Of a stretch of 64,000 nt of DNA, positions 1-11,009 are shown in pieces (positions within the stretch are counted from its first letter, which is position 1; each line of letters begins with the position of its first letter). The position numbers were made by a program, and so were the translations under genes. The DNA is taken from contig JAXDQU010000012.1 in assembly GCA_034667685.1 (NCBI GenBank), positions 1 to 64,000 on the forward strand, written 5' to 3'. Source of the DNA: Thermoplasmata archaeon (GTDB lineage Archaea; Thermoplasmatota; SW-10-69-26; JACQPN01; JAJPHT01). The notes beneath the pieces were generated by a model that did not search any database, was not told the DNA's origin, and saw only the letters and a program-made list of their open reading frames with translations.

Positions 1-65
1 CTTTCCGCCATCACGCCAAGACGCCAACACGCCGCGTGTTGGCGTCGTGGCGTGATGGCGGAAAG
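1..65. repeat. Palindrome built from ~8-nt ACGCCA(NN) units, 31-bp arms
   Basis: 1-31 is the reverse complement of 35-65 with one mismatch; may extend beyond the window start. Confidence 0.9.
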
Positions 66-163
66 CGAAGCGCCACGCAGAAAATGAAAAGAAAAACCTC
101 GCGGCAACTGAGGAGGTTATGAAACAGGTTCTAGGGTCAGAGCCGCTCCCCGGGTCGCCCGTC

Positions 164-550
164 CTACGCCCCGCCCTTCGCCGGCTGGAGGAGGGCGAAC
201 CGGTTGCCGTCGGGGTCCTCGAAGGAGGCCAGGATGCCGAAGGGCGTCTCGACGGGGGCGGGCCCGCGGAACGCGACGCCGCGCGCCTGGAGCCTGGCGA
301 CCTCGCCGCGGCAGTCGCGCGTCGTCAGCGTGAGCCGGTAACCGTCCTCGGCGCGCGGGTCGACGAGGTACTCGCCCTGGATGAGCGCAAGCTCGACCTC
401 CGCGCCGGGGGGCGCCACGGTGAGCCAGCGGGGGCGGCCCTTCTGGCCGTAGTCCTGGCGCTTCTCGAAGCCGAGCTTGCCGACGTAGAAGCCGAGCGCC
501 TGGTCCTGGTCGCGCACGAGGAGGGGGACGTGGGTGGTCTTGTCGATCAT
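164..550 (-). CDS. VOC/glyoxalase-family protein
   Basis: HVPLLVRDQDQALGFY...LGF start, FEDPDGN end motif. Confidence 0.9.
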   Translation of the reverse strand: MIDKTTHVPLLVRDQDQALGFYVGKLGFEKRQDYGQKGRPRWLTVAPPGAEVELALIQGEYLVDPRAEDGYRLTLTTRDCRGEVARLQARGVAFRGPAPVETPFGILASFEDPDGNRFALLQPAKGGA

Positions 551-559
551 GATATCACT

Positions 560-1009
560 TCACTTCTTCTTGGGCGCGAAGGCCTTCACCATCATCTTGC
601 CGATCCAGCTCTGCTGGACGAGGGCCCAGGCGTTGCCGTCGGGGTCGCGGAAGTAGGCGGACGTGCCCCACGGCGCGCGTTGGGGCTTCTCGTAGCCGGG
701 GATGTCGAACCTGACGCCGCGCGCCTTCAGCGCCTCGTAGTCGGCGCGGCAGTCGGTCGTCGAGAGCGCGACCTGGAGGCCCGCGGTGCCCGCCTTCGGA
801 TCCTGGTCGCCCGCGACGCGCGTCTTCTGCTTCGCCACGATCAGCGCGAACTCGACGTCGCTCCCCTTGGGCGCGACCGTGACCCAGCGCGCGCCGGTGG
901 GGCCCTTGACGTCCGCGCGCTTCTCGAAGCCGACCTGGGTCGTGTAGAACGCCAGCGCGCGATCCTGGTCGCTCACCGCGAGGGGGACGTGCGTGAGCCG
1001 GACGTCCAT
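560..1009 (-). CDS. VOC/glyoxalase-family protein (paralog of 164-550)
   Basis: HVPLAVSDQDRALAFY, PWGTSAYFRDPDGN. Confidence 0.9.
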   Translation of the reverse strand: MDVRLTHVPLAVSDQDRALAFYTTQVGFEKRADVKGPTGARWVTVAPKGSDVEFALIVAKQKTRVAGDQDPKAGTAGLQVALSTTDCRADYEALKARGVRFDIPGYEKPQRAPWGTSAYFRDPDGNAWALVQQSWIGKMMVKAFAPKKK

Positions 1010-1432
1010 TCAGCCCACCGCCTTCTTCAGAAGCGCGGCGATCCTCTTCTCCGCGGCGTCGCCGATGCTCAGGAGGGCGAAGGACGTGACCCACATCGCG
1101 CCCTCGTCGAGCTTGGCCGGCGTGTTGAACCCGAGCGTCGCGTACCGCTCCTTGAACTTCGAGGCGGCCTTGAAGAAGCAGACGACGCCCTCCTTGCTGG
1201 CGTACGCGGGGAACCCGTACCAGGTCTTGGGCGTGAGGCTGGGCGCGTTCGCCTTCACGATGGCGTGGAAGCGCTCCGCCATCGCGCGATCGGAGGGGGG
1301 CATCTTGGCGATCGCGGCGAGGACGGCCGCTTCGCCTTCGCCCTTGCCGGCGCGCTCCGCCAGCATCTCCTTCATCGCCCCCTTCTCCGCGGTCGAGAGG
1401 CCCTTCGCCTTGGCCGCCTTCGCCTTAGCCAT
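1010..1432 (-). CDS. DUF1801/YdhG-like protein
   Basis: PKTWYGFPAYA..GVVCFFK.ASKFKERYATLGF pattern; tight operon spacing. Confidence 0.8.
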   Translation of the reverse strand: MAKAKAAKAKGLSTAEKGAMKEMLAERAGKGEGEAAVLAAIAKMPPSDRAMAERFHAIVKANAPSLTPKTWYGFPAYASKEGVVCFFKAASKFKERYATLGFNTPAKLDEGAMWVTSFALLSIGDAAEKRIAALLKKAVG

Positions 1433-1895
1433 CGCGGAGCACCTCCGCCAGGCGGTCCCAGACGACCTTGGCGCCGGCCGCGGCCCCGTACTGGAGCATC
1501 GCGTCGCGCGCCTCCTTCGACGCGCAGAGGTTCGTGAGCGTGAGGCGCGTGACGCCGTCCTTCTCGGCGAGCTCGACCGTGGCGCGAAGCTCGTTGGCGG
1601 GCTGCCCCTCGATCGCGTAGGTGTAGACGAGGCGCGTCACGGGATGCACGTCGAGGTAGGTGCCGAAGAACACCATCTCGTGGCCGTTGGCCGCGCGCTG
1701 CACGTAGCGGTACTTGCCCCCGGCGCGCACGTCCATGACGTCCACGCGCAGCGAGCCGCCCGGCGGCGCCCACCATCTCGGGACGAGCCGGGGGTCGGTG
1801 TACGCGGCGAACACCTTGGCCGCGGGCGCGCGGAAGGTGTGCTCGAGGACGAACTCGCGGTCGGAGATCACGCGTGCAGTGGCTTGGGGATCCAT
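1425..1895 (-). CDS. SRPBCC/AHSA1-domain protein
   Basis: MDPQ start; VFAAYTDPRLVPRWW, DVRAGGKYRY, GTYLDVHPVTRLVYT. Confidence 0.85.
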   Translation of the reverse strand: MDPQATARVISDREFVLEHTFRAPAAKVFAAYTDPRLVPRWWAPPGGSLRVDVMDVRAGGKYRYVQRAANGHEMVFFGTYLDVHPVTRLVYTYAIEGQPANELRATVELAEKDGVTRLTLTNLCASKEARDAMLQYGAAAGAKVVWDRLAEVLRDG

Positions 1896-1899
1896 GATG

Positions 1900-2220
1900 T
1901 CACTTCCTCTTCTTCGTGTCTTCCTCGACGAGCCGCGCGAGCCGTTGCAGGCGCGCGAGCTGGTCGGAGGCGTAGCGCCGCATCCAGGCGTCGAGCTCCA
2001 GGAACGGCTCGGCGCGCAGGGAGTAGAGCCGGCGCTGCCCTTCGGCGCGGACGGAGACGAAGCCGGCTTCGTGCAGGATGCGCAGGTGGCGCGACACGCC
2101 GGGCTGGTGGATGTCGACCTCCGCGGCCATCTCGCCCACCGAGCGTTCCCCTTCGCCGAGGAGCTCGACCAGGCGCCGCCGCGTGGGGTCCGCCAGCGCC
2201 GCGAAGACGTCCGCCGCCAC
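1900..2220 (-). CDS. ArsR/SmtB-family transcriptional regulator
   Basis: FAALADPTRRRLVELL, QPGVSRHLRILHEAGFV; heads the SRPBCC-VOC operon. Confidence 0.9.
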   Translation of the reverse strand: MAADVFAALADPTRRRLVELLGEGERSVGEMAAEVDIHQPGVSRHLRILHEAGFVSVRAEGQRRLYSLRAEPFLELDAWMRRYASDQLARLQRLARLVEEDTKKRK

Positions 2221-2264
2221 GCGCTATCCATACACGTCCGCGTATATACGGATTGGCGTATGCC

Positions 2265-2864
2265 TCAGGTCTCGCGCTCCAGCGTCGTCTTGACCGCGCG
2301 GTACGCCTTGCGCGAGACGAGCAGGCCCCAGTGTCCCGCGAAGGGGATCGCGACGTTCTCGACGTTCTCCATCTCCAGGAGCGCGCTCTCCGCGGGCACG
2401 ACGATGCCGTCCCACCTGCTCCAGAGGTTGAGGATCGGCACCTCGGAGCGCGTGCCTTCGTTCAGCTCCTCCAGGAAGGCGCTGCCCGGAAGGATCTGGC
2501 GCGTGCCGGTGAGGACGGGCGCGGCGCTGGCGGTCCACGTGCCGTGGTGCGGGACGCCCAGGCAGCAGAGGTGCGAGACGCGCGGCGCCCCGTCGAGGAA
2601 GCGCACGTACCAGCGCCCGATCAGGCCACCCATGCTGTGGCCCACGAGCGCCACGCGGTCCGTCCCCTCGACGGCGAGCACCTCGTCCACCTTGCTGGCG
2701 AGGTGGCGCGCCGAGACGCGCAGGTCGTGGAACGTGAAGCGCGGGAAGCTGGCCAGGTACACGTGGAACCCGTCGCGTTCAAGGAACCACTGCCACGCGT
2801 TCCAGTACACGAGCTCCTGCCCGAAGGCGCCGGGGAGCAGGATGACCGGGACGCGGTCGGGCAC
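2265..2864 (-). CDS. Alpha/beta-fold lipase/esterase
   Basis: VGHSMGG nucleophile elbow, LGVPHHGT, WSRWDGIV, GH; GTG start inferred. Confidence 0.85.
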   Translation of the reverse strand: MPDRVPVILLPGAFGQELVYWNAWQWFLERDGFHVYLASFPRFTFHDLRVSARHLASKVDEVLAVEGTDRVALVGHSMGGLIGRWYVRFLDGAPRVSHLCCLGVPHHGTWTASAAPVLTGTRQILPGSAFLEELNEGTRSEVPILNLWSRWDGIVVPAESALLEMENVENVAIPFAGHWGLLVSRKAYRAVKTTLERET

Positions 2865-2908
2865 GCAGCGGGATTCTTGCTCCTTCCTCAAGAAGCCGCC
2901 TCGTCCGG

Positions 2909-2974
2909 CCCGATTCCGCTTCCGCTTCCGAGTCCGATTCCGGAATCGGAAGCGGAAGCGGAATCGGACTCGGG
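2909..2974. repeat. Hexamer palindrome: five CCG(A/C)(T/G)T units followed by five reverse-complement units
   Basis: ccgatt ccgctt ccgctt ccgagt ccgatt cc|gg aatcgg aagcgg aagcgg aatcgg actcgg, between divergent genes. Confidence 0.9.
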
Positions 2975-3004
2975 TCCTTTGCGCCGCAAACGAGCATAAG
3001 AATC

Positions 3005-5029
3005 ATGGCGGACGCCGCGTTTCCGCGCCTCGTGCGCCGGGTCCTCGTCCTCGCGTGCGTGCTGCTGATCCTCCTTCCCGCCGCGTCGGCCGCGGACACG
3101 CTGAGCCTGGGCGATGCCGTCGTGATGCGCGCCGCCGCCGTGGCGGACACGGGCAACGGCTTCGTGGGCTCGACGGCCACGATCACCATCCGCACGGCCG
3201 ACAACGGCTCGGGGCACATCTTCCTCGACACGTTCCCGCTCACCGCGGTCGACATGCAGGGGAGCGCGCGCTTGGCGGCCCGCGTCGCGAGCCAGGTCAC
3301 GGGCGTGGCGCTGGCGAGCCACGACTTCTTCTTCACCATCCGCTCCGCCTCCGAGCAGATCGGCGGGCCCAGCGCGGGCGCCGACATGACGGTGGGCACC
3401 ATCGCCGCGCTCAACGGCTGGAAGGTGCGCCCCGACGTGCTCATGACCGGCACGATCGAGCCCGACGGCAGCGTGGGCCCCGTGGGCGGCATCCCCGAGA
3501 AGGCGGCCGCCGCGGCGCAGGCGGGCGTCACGACGTTCCTCTTCCCGGCGGGCGAGGAGATCACGACGTTGTCGTCCACGGGCAAGGACGTGAACCTCAC
3601 GCAATACTGCGCGACGCAGCTCCACATCGCCTGCATCCCGACGAGCGACGTGATCCAGGCGGTCAACGTGATGACGGACCACCAGATCGTGCTCCCGCCG
3701 CTATCGGGCAACGTCACGGGCGAGGCGTTCCTGGCGAGGCTCGCGCCGCTCTCCGCGCAGCTCGTCGACGCGAGCGGCGACCTGATCCAGCAGGCGCGCG
3801 ACGCGGGCGTCACCCCCGCGGCCTCCTGCGCGCCCAACGCCAACGGCGGGCTCGACCTCGCCCCCGCGACGCGGCTGGCGTGCGCGATCCAGACGGAGGA
3901 CGCGGCGCGCGCGGCGGCGGGCAACGCGACGTACTACACCGCCGCCTCGCTCTCGTTCCAGGCGGCCATCGACGCGCACGACGCGCGAGACGCGGCGCGG
4001 TTCCAGGCCGACAACGCCACGCGCGCGAGCCTCGCCGACCGGCTCGCGGCGTCGGCCGCGACCGTGGACGCGGCGCGCCAGCTCATCGAGCCCTACAAGG
4101 TCGACACGGTGGGTGTCTTCGAGACCGCGGGCGCCGCGCAGGTGCGGCTCCTGGAAGCCGAGGGGCGCATCGCCGAGGCGCAGGCCACCGCGCGCAACGC
4201 GACGAGCGCCAACGCCGCGCTCCTGGCGATCTACCAGGCCGCGTACGCCGCCGAGCGCGCCAACACCGCGACGTGGTGGCTCAAGCTCGGTGAAGGCGGC
4301 GAGCCGGGCCACGCGCTCGACGCGCAGGGGCTGGCCGACCTCGCGCGCGACGAGATCACCGCGAGCCGCGAGGAAATCGCGTATGTGACAGCCGTCTTCA
4401 GCCAGGCCAACGTGCAGGCCTCCGTCGCCGAGGCGAGCCGTCTGCTCGACGACGCGCAGAACGCCTACGACCGCGGGCTCTACGCGGGCGCGATGCTCGA
4501 CGCGCTCGACGCCGAGGTCAGCGCCAGCGTGCTCCTGGAGTCGGCCGGCTTCCGGGGCAGCGTGCCCCAGGAGAAGCTCGCCGCCGCGCAGGCCGGCGCC
4601 GCCCGCGCCATCGAGCAGGCCCGCGCGCGCGGCGTCGAGCCCTTCCTCGCGGAGAGCGAGTACGAGTTCGGCCAGACGCAGCAGGACCCGGTCACCGCGC
4701 TCACGTTCTACGGCCAGGCCAAGGTCTCCGCGAACCTCGCGGGGCTGCCCGGCGCCTTCGGCAACGCGCCCGTCTCCGCCGACTCGCGCTTCCAGGGCTT
4801 CCCGCAGGTCTACGCGCCGCCGCAGTGGATCGTGGGCGCCTTCGCCGTGGGCATGGCGCTGGGCGCCGGCCTGGGCCTCATCGCGCTGCTGCCGCGCCGC
4901 GAGGACGTCGAGCACCTGGAGCGCGTCGACTCCGGCCACGCCGTGGGTCTCGCGCCGCTGCCGCCGGTCGAGCCTCCGTCTCCGCCGCCCGAGATGCTAT
5001 CACCGCCTCCCGAGGGCGGGATGCCGTAG
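3005..5029 (+). CDS. Secreted, membrane-anchored S16 (Lon proteolytic-domain) serine protease without ATPase
   Basis: Signal peptide; IGGPSAG (Ser) and GPVGGIPEKA (Lys) dyad motifs, MTGTIEPDG; helical region; C-terminal TM helix. Confidence 0.85.
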   Translation: MADAAFPRLVRRVLVLACVLLILLPAASAADTLSLGDAVVMRAAAVADTGNGFVGSTATITIRTADNGSGHIFLDTFPLTAVDMQGSARLAARVASQVTGVALASHDFFFTIRSASEQIGGPSAGADMTVGTIAALNGWKVRPDVLMTGTIEPDGSVGPVGGIPEKAAAAAQAGVTTFLFPAGEEITTLSSTGKDVNLTQYCATQLHIACIPTSDVIQAVNVMTDHQIVLPPLSGNVTGEAFLARLAPLSAQLVDASGDLIQQARDAGVTPAASCAPNANGGLDLAPATRLACAIQTEDAARAAAGNATYYTAASLSFQAAIDAHDARDAARFQADNATRASLADRLAASAATVDAARQLIEPYKVDTVGVFETAGAAQVRLLEAEGRIAEAQATARNATSANAALLAIYQAAYAAERANTATWWLKLGEGGEPGHALDAQGLADLARDEITASREEIAYVTAVFSQANVQASVAEASRLLDDAQNAYDRGLYAGAMLDALDAEVSASVLLESAGFRGSVPQEKLAAAQAGAARAIEQARARGVEPFLAESEYEFGQTQQDPVTALTFYGQAKVSANLAGLPGAFGNAPVSADSRFQGFPQVYAPPQWIVGAFAVGMALGAGLGLIALLPRREDVEHLERVDSGHAVGLAPLPPVEPPSPPPEMLSPPPEGGMP

Positions 5030-5037
5030 CTCCGCGA

Positions 5038-5150
5038 AGGGCTCTGGACTCTGGACTCGGGGCTCAAGGCTCTGGATTGTGGTTCCGGAGCCCTGAGCCT
5101 CGAGTCCAGAGTCCAGAGTCCAGAGTCCAGAGTCCAGAGTCCAGAGCCCT
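5038..5150. repeat. Heptamer palindrome, type A (GGRCTCT units / GAGYCCA units)
   Basis: Six perfect GAGTCCA at 5102-5143; left arm is the reverse-complement unit; core ggctcaaggct...ccggagccctgagc. Confidence 0.92.
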
Positions 5151-5880
5151 ACAGAACGACGTCGGCAACGACCGGATCGTGGTCGGAAGGATAGCCGCCG
5201 TCGCGCTCGCGCACCACCCGCGCGTGCTTGACGTGCGCGCCGGCGGGGACGAGGATCCAGTCGAGGCGCGCGCGGGCGTGGGGCGAGAAGCCGTGGAAGG
5301 TCGGCGTGCGGTCGAGGTGCGTCGTGTCCTTGCGCGACGCGCCGCAGAGGATCGCGTGGACCTCGCCGCCGGGCTCCTCGTTGAAGTCGCCCAGGAGCGT
5401 CGCGGCGGGAAGGCGCGCGGAGATCAGGCGGGCCGCCTCGCGCCTCGCGTGGGGCGACTCGTGGTCGAGGTGCGTGTTGGCGAGCGTGATATCACGACCG
5501 CTGACGTGGTCGCGCAGCGTGGCCCACGTGACGATGCGCGGGTGGCGGTTGCCCCACGTCGCGCTGCCGCGCCGCGCGGGCGCGTCCGAGAGCCAGAAGT
5601 CGCCCGCGGCCACGAGGCTCAGCCTCGTGGCATCATAGTAGATCGCGTTGTGCTCGTCGCTCCCGTCGCCCTGGCGGTCGAGGCCGACGCGGCGGAAGCC
5701 CGGCAGGCGGGCGTCCAGGTCGGCGAGCTGGTGGGCAAGCGCCTCCTGCGTGCCCACGATGTGCGGCGCGTGGCGCAGGATCAGCGCGGCGGCCCGTTCC
5801 TTGCGCGCGTCCCAGCGGTTGACGCCGTCGTCCGCCACGTCGCGCCGGAGGTTGAACGTCATCAGCCGCAGCGCCGCCAT
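5149..5880 (-). CDS. Endonuclease/exonuclease/phosphatase-family protein
   Basis: MTFNLR, GTQE, NTHLD, GDFNE, RLDWI, SDHDPV. Confidence 0.92.
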   Translation of the reverse strand: MAALRLMTFNLRRDVADDGVNRWDARKERAAALILRHAPHIVGTQEALAHQLADLDARLPGFRRVGLDRQGDGSDEHNAIYYDATRLSLVAAGDFWLSDAPARRGSATWGNRHPRIVTWATLRDHVSGRDITLANTHLDHESPHARREAARLISARLPAATLLGDFNEEPGGEVHAILCGASRKDTTHLDRTPTFHGFSPHARARLDWILVPAGAHVKHARVVRERDGGYPSDHDPVVADVVL

Positions 5881-5962
5881 CGGGTCCTCGTGGGAGGTCG
5901 GGGCGTAAGCCGACCACGCGCGAGGCGGCACGACGCTGGCGAAACGAACATCCCCGATGAAG

Positions 5963-6056
5963 CCGGGGCTCTGGGCTCCGGACTCCGGGCTCGGGGCTCC
6001 CGCTTGCCTTGCAACCGGAGAGCCCCGAGTCCAGAGTCCTGAGCCCAGAGCCCCGG
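5963..6056. repeat. Heptamer palindrome, type B (with asymmetric spacer)
   Basis: GGRCTCY units, spacer cccgcttgccttgcaaccggag, then RGAGYCC units. Confidence 0.92.
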
Positions 6057-6093
6057 AACAATGCTCATCCACCCCTCTGCGCTTGCGCGCCGC

Positions 6094-6621
6094 GTGCCCA
6101 ACGACGAGCGACCCGCGCCGCCCCACGCGCCCGTGGAGGGCCCCGAGGAGTCCCTGGAGCCCGCGCGCGAGCAGGCGCACGAGCCCGACGGCATGATGGC
6201 GCGCCTGGAAGCGCTCGCCGCGCGCGAAAAGGAGCTGCTCGACAGGCTGGCGCGCATGCAGGCCGACTTCGAGAACTTCCGCCGCCGCAGCCGCCTGGAG
6301 GTGGGCGAGGCCGCCGGGCGCGGCAAGGAGGCGCTGCTCAAGGCGCTGCTGCCCAGCCTCGACAACCTGGACCGCGCGCTCGCGCACACCGAGGACCCGG
6401 GCCTCAAGGCCGTCGCGCGGGGCCTCGCGGGCGCGCTCGCGGCGCAGGGCATCGTCGTGCTCGACCCGGCCGGCGAGGCGTTCGACGCCAAGCTGCACGA
6501 GGCCATCGCCACCGAGGCGCGCGAAGGCGCGAAGCCGGGCGCGGTGCTGCGCGTCGCGGAAAAAGGATATCAGATCGATGGGCGCGTCGTGCGGCCCGCG
6601 CGCGTGGTCGTCGCGGGGTGA
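6094..6621 (+). CDS. grpE: Nucleotide exchange factor GrpE
   Basis: RMQADFENFRRR, LLPSLDNLDRAL, FDAKLHEAI, KGYQIDGRVVRPARVVV; ORF is open from 6061. Confidence 0.95.
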   Translation: MPNDERPAPPHAPVEGPEESLEPAREQAHEPDGMMARLEALAAREKELLDRLARMQADFENFRRRSRLEVGEAAGRGKEALLKALLPSLDNLDRALAHTEDPGLKAVARGLAGALAAQGIVVLDPAGEAFDAKLHEAIATEAREGAKPGAVLRVAEKGYQIDGRVVRPARVVVAG

Positions 6622-6741
6622 GCCGCAGCTCGCCTCGCGATAGGCCGGAGCGAAGCTGCGGCCGTGTGGCGGGCTGACGAGCTTGCTGCCGTGCGCGCGG
6701 TCGGCGCGCGCTTATCTCCCAGGCCGGCGCCTCTGCGGCGC

Positions 6742-6942
6742 ATGGCCGGCCTTGCCGCTCCGGAACCCATCGTCGCGCTCTGGGTCCCCTGGTGCCGACG
6801 CTGCGACGCGCCCATGACGACGATGGCCGAGCCGGGCTTCGAGGGGCGGCCGCCCAGCGGGACGCTCCAGCCGATCCGCGTGTGCCGCGCGTGCGGCGAC
6901 ACCGTGCGCGTGATGCACGTGCCCTGGGTCGCCACGGGCTAG
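6742..6942 (+). CDS. Small CxxC...CxxC zinc-ribbon protein (66 aa)
   Basis: CRRC and CRAC pairs, genome-typical codon usage. Confidence 0.5.
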   Translation: MAGLAAPEPIVALWVPWCRRCDAPMTTMAEPGFEGRPPSGTLQPIRVCRACGDTVRVMHVPWVATG

Positions 6943-7469
6943 CCCGTCGTCTCGACCGCCATGTCGAAGCGCAGCGTCAGGGGCCGCGCGTGCCAGACGC
7001 CGATCCAGCTCTCGCGCCACGTGTCGAGCGTCGCGTTGGCGTGGAGCGCGTGGTTGCCCGGCGCGAGGAGCGCGCTCGCCACGGCGCTGAGCGTGCCGTT
7101 CTCCACGGCGGTCTGCGTCGTGCCGCCCAGGACGGTCTCGTTCTCGTCGAGCAGCGTGAGGTTCAGCAGCGCGACGCGGCCGCCCGATCCGTCCAGGCGG
7201 TGGACGTGGAGCGCGAAGACGCCGCCCTTCGCGTTGCGCGCCATGCCGGCCATCTCCGCCACGTAGCGCGTGCCGCTCACGTTGAACTCGCCGTGGTCGA
7301 GCGTGGCGTCGTAGTCGGAGGGGCCCGAGGCGTGCGGCGCGTAGGCCGTGACGGGAAGCTCCGGAGGTCCCAGCGGCGTCCAACCCGCCACGAGCGCGCC
7401 CATGCCGAGCAGGGCCACGAGGATGAGCGCGACGGCCACGACGGCGAGGGCGCGTTGGCGCGTGTTCAC
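6939..7469 (-). CDS. Hypothetical membrane-anchored/secreted protein
   Basis: N-terminal hydrophobic helix, GC3-rich codons, many N-x-T/S sequons. Confidence 0.7.
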   Translation of the reverse strand: MNTRQRALAVVAVALILVALLGMGALVAGWTPLGPPELPVTAYAPHASGPSDYDATLDHGEFNVSGTRYVAEMAGMARNAKGGVFALHVHRLDGSGGRVALLNLTLLDENETVLGGTTQTAVENGTLSAVASALLAPGNHALHANATLDTWRESWIGVWHARPLTLRFDMAVETTG

Positions 7470-7490
7470 GGCGTCGGGAGCCCGTCACCG

Positions 7491-7500
7491 CTTTATAGAA
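7491..7500. promoter_or_regulatory. Putative archaeal TATA box for dnaK (possibly shared with the divergent gene)
   Basis: CTTTATAGAA about 30 nt before the dnaK ATG in a GC-rich context. Confidence 0.55.
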
Positions 7501-7526
7501 GCTCTTGTTTAGTCCGGCCGATCCCC

Positions 7527-9459
<1,933 letters not shown>

Positions 9460-9473
<14 letters not shown>

Positions 9474-10005
9474 GACGGGCCGCGGCTCCCGCGTCCTCCC
9501 TCGCCCCCTTCCCCAGCGTGCGCGAGGCGAGGACGAGCCACACGACCAGCAGCACCATCACGGGGTAGAGCGCCCAGGCGGGCACGAAGGGCGCGATGAA
9601 GCTGAAGCCGCCCAGCGCGAGGCCCATCACGGCCGTCGCCGCGCCGAACGCGCCACGGTTTTCCCAGGCGCTCGCGAGGAGCCACACCGCGGCGCAGACG
9701 TGCAGGCCGTAGCGCAACGACATGATCAGCGTGAACGTCGCGTCGCCGGGCGCGGCGCCCGCGTTGAGCGTCGCCACGTTGAGGATGATATCACCCGCGG
9801 CCCACGCGTAGCCGCCCACGCGGGCCCATCCGGGCGCGGCGAGCGCGGCGACGACGGGGAGCAGCGCGGCGTGGGCGAGGACGCCCAGTGCGACCTTGGC
9901 CTCGTTGAACGCGGGCGCGTTGGGCAGGCCGAAGGAGGCGAACATCAGGGCGAAGAGGGCCGCGGCGGAGAGGGCGGCGCGCGAGGCGAAGCGGGTCGCA
10001 GACAT
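9460..10005 (-). CDS. Hypothetical multi-pass membrane protein
   Basis: About six hydrophobic segments from MSATRF. Confidence 0.7.
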
Positions 10006-10031
10006 GCGGGCGTAGAATCCTCGCGCGGGGC

Positions 10032-10955
10032 TTAGTCCGATGCCACGCGGCGCTGTGCATCCGCGACAGCCTGGGCGAGGAAGGCGTCGAACGCGCGCGG
10101 GTGGACGAGCTCGCGCATGAGGATGGCCTGGACGCGCGCGATGCCCGGCTCGCGCTCGGCGGCGGCGCGGCGCCGCTCGGCCTGGTCGAGGTTCGCGACG
10201 GGCACCGCGACCTGCGGCGGGACGCCCGGCCCGAAGGGGCCCAGCACGCGGTCGGGGAACGCGCGCTCCAGCGCGGCGTTGGCGCGCCCGTCGCCCTGGG
10301 TGACGACGTACTCGACGAGGATCGCGCCCTCGATGGCGGCCAGCGAGACGCGCGGCGCCATCCCGCCCGCGCCCGCGGCCTGGAGCTTCTGGAGGCGCCG
10401 CTCCAGCGTGCGGGTCGAGACGCGCGCCTCCTTGGCGATGCCCGAGACGGCGCGGGCGGGCGTCCGGCGCAGGGCAAGAAGGATGCGCGCGTCGAGGGGC
10501 GGGAGCGGTGGCGCGTGTCGCGGCGGTGGCGCGACGTAGCTGGGCCAGACGCGCGTGGCGTCGAGCGCGCGGCCGATGCGCTGCGCGAGCCGGTCGGCGT
10601 CTCCGCGGTGCCAGACGTGCATGAACACGAGGCCGTGGGCGAGGATCGCCAGCTCGACGCCCGGGAAAGGAGCCAGCGCCTCCTCGAGCGCCTCGGGCGT
10701 CGCGGGGCTCACGCCGTCGAAGCCGTACCCCATGCGGCCGAAGCCGAGGAAATCCGACCGTGGCAGGAACGCGGAGCCCAGGAGCACGCCCCCTTCGCGC
10801 AGCGCGGCGAGGCGCGCGCGGATGGAGTTGCGGTGGAGCCCGGTGCGCGCGGCCAGCTCCTGCACCGGGGGCTTCACGGGCCCGCGCGGGAAGTTGCCGG
10901 CGTCCCAGCGGAACAGCTCGCGCAGGATCAGCCAATCCGCCGCGTCGAGACGCAC
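10032..10955 (-). CDS. Lrp/AsnC-like regulator with two winged-HTH modules
   Basis: LDAADWLIL...ELAARTGLHRNSIRARL and LDARILLAL...IAKEARVSTRTLERRL. Confidence 0.8.
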   Translation of the reverse strand: MRLDAADWLILRELFRWDAGNFPRGPVKPPVQELAARTGLHRNSIRARLAALREGGVLLGSAFLPRSDFLGFGRMGYGFDGVSPATPEALEEALAPFPGVELAILAHGLVFMHVWHRGDADRLAQRIGRALDATRVWPSYVAPPPRHAPPLPPLDARILLALRRTPARAVSGIAKEARVSTRTLERRLQKLQAAGAGGMAPRVSLAAIEGAILVEYVVTQGDGRANAALERAFPDRVLGPFGPGVPPQVAVPVANLDQAERRRAAAEREPGIARVQAILMRELVHPRAFDAFLAQAVADAQRRVASD

Positions 10956-11009
10956 GGCCCGGCACCCGCCGGGTCAGGCATGAAATGCTTGGAGCGGGAT
11001 CGCCCTCGC

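Noticed and set aside
5038-6056. CRISPR array interpretation of the repeats
   Set aside because: Units are 6-9 nt and contiguous, with no unique 30-40 nt spacers and no cas genes.
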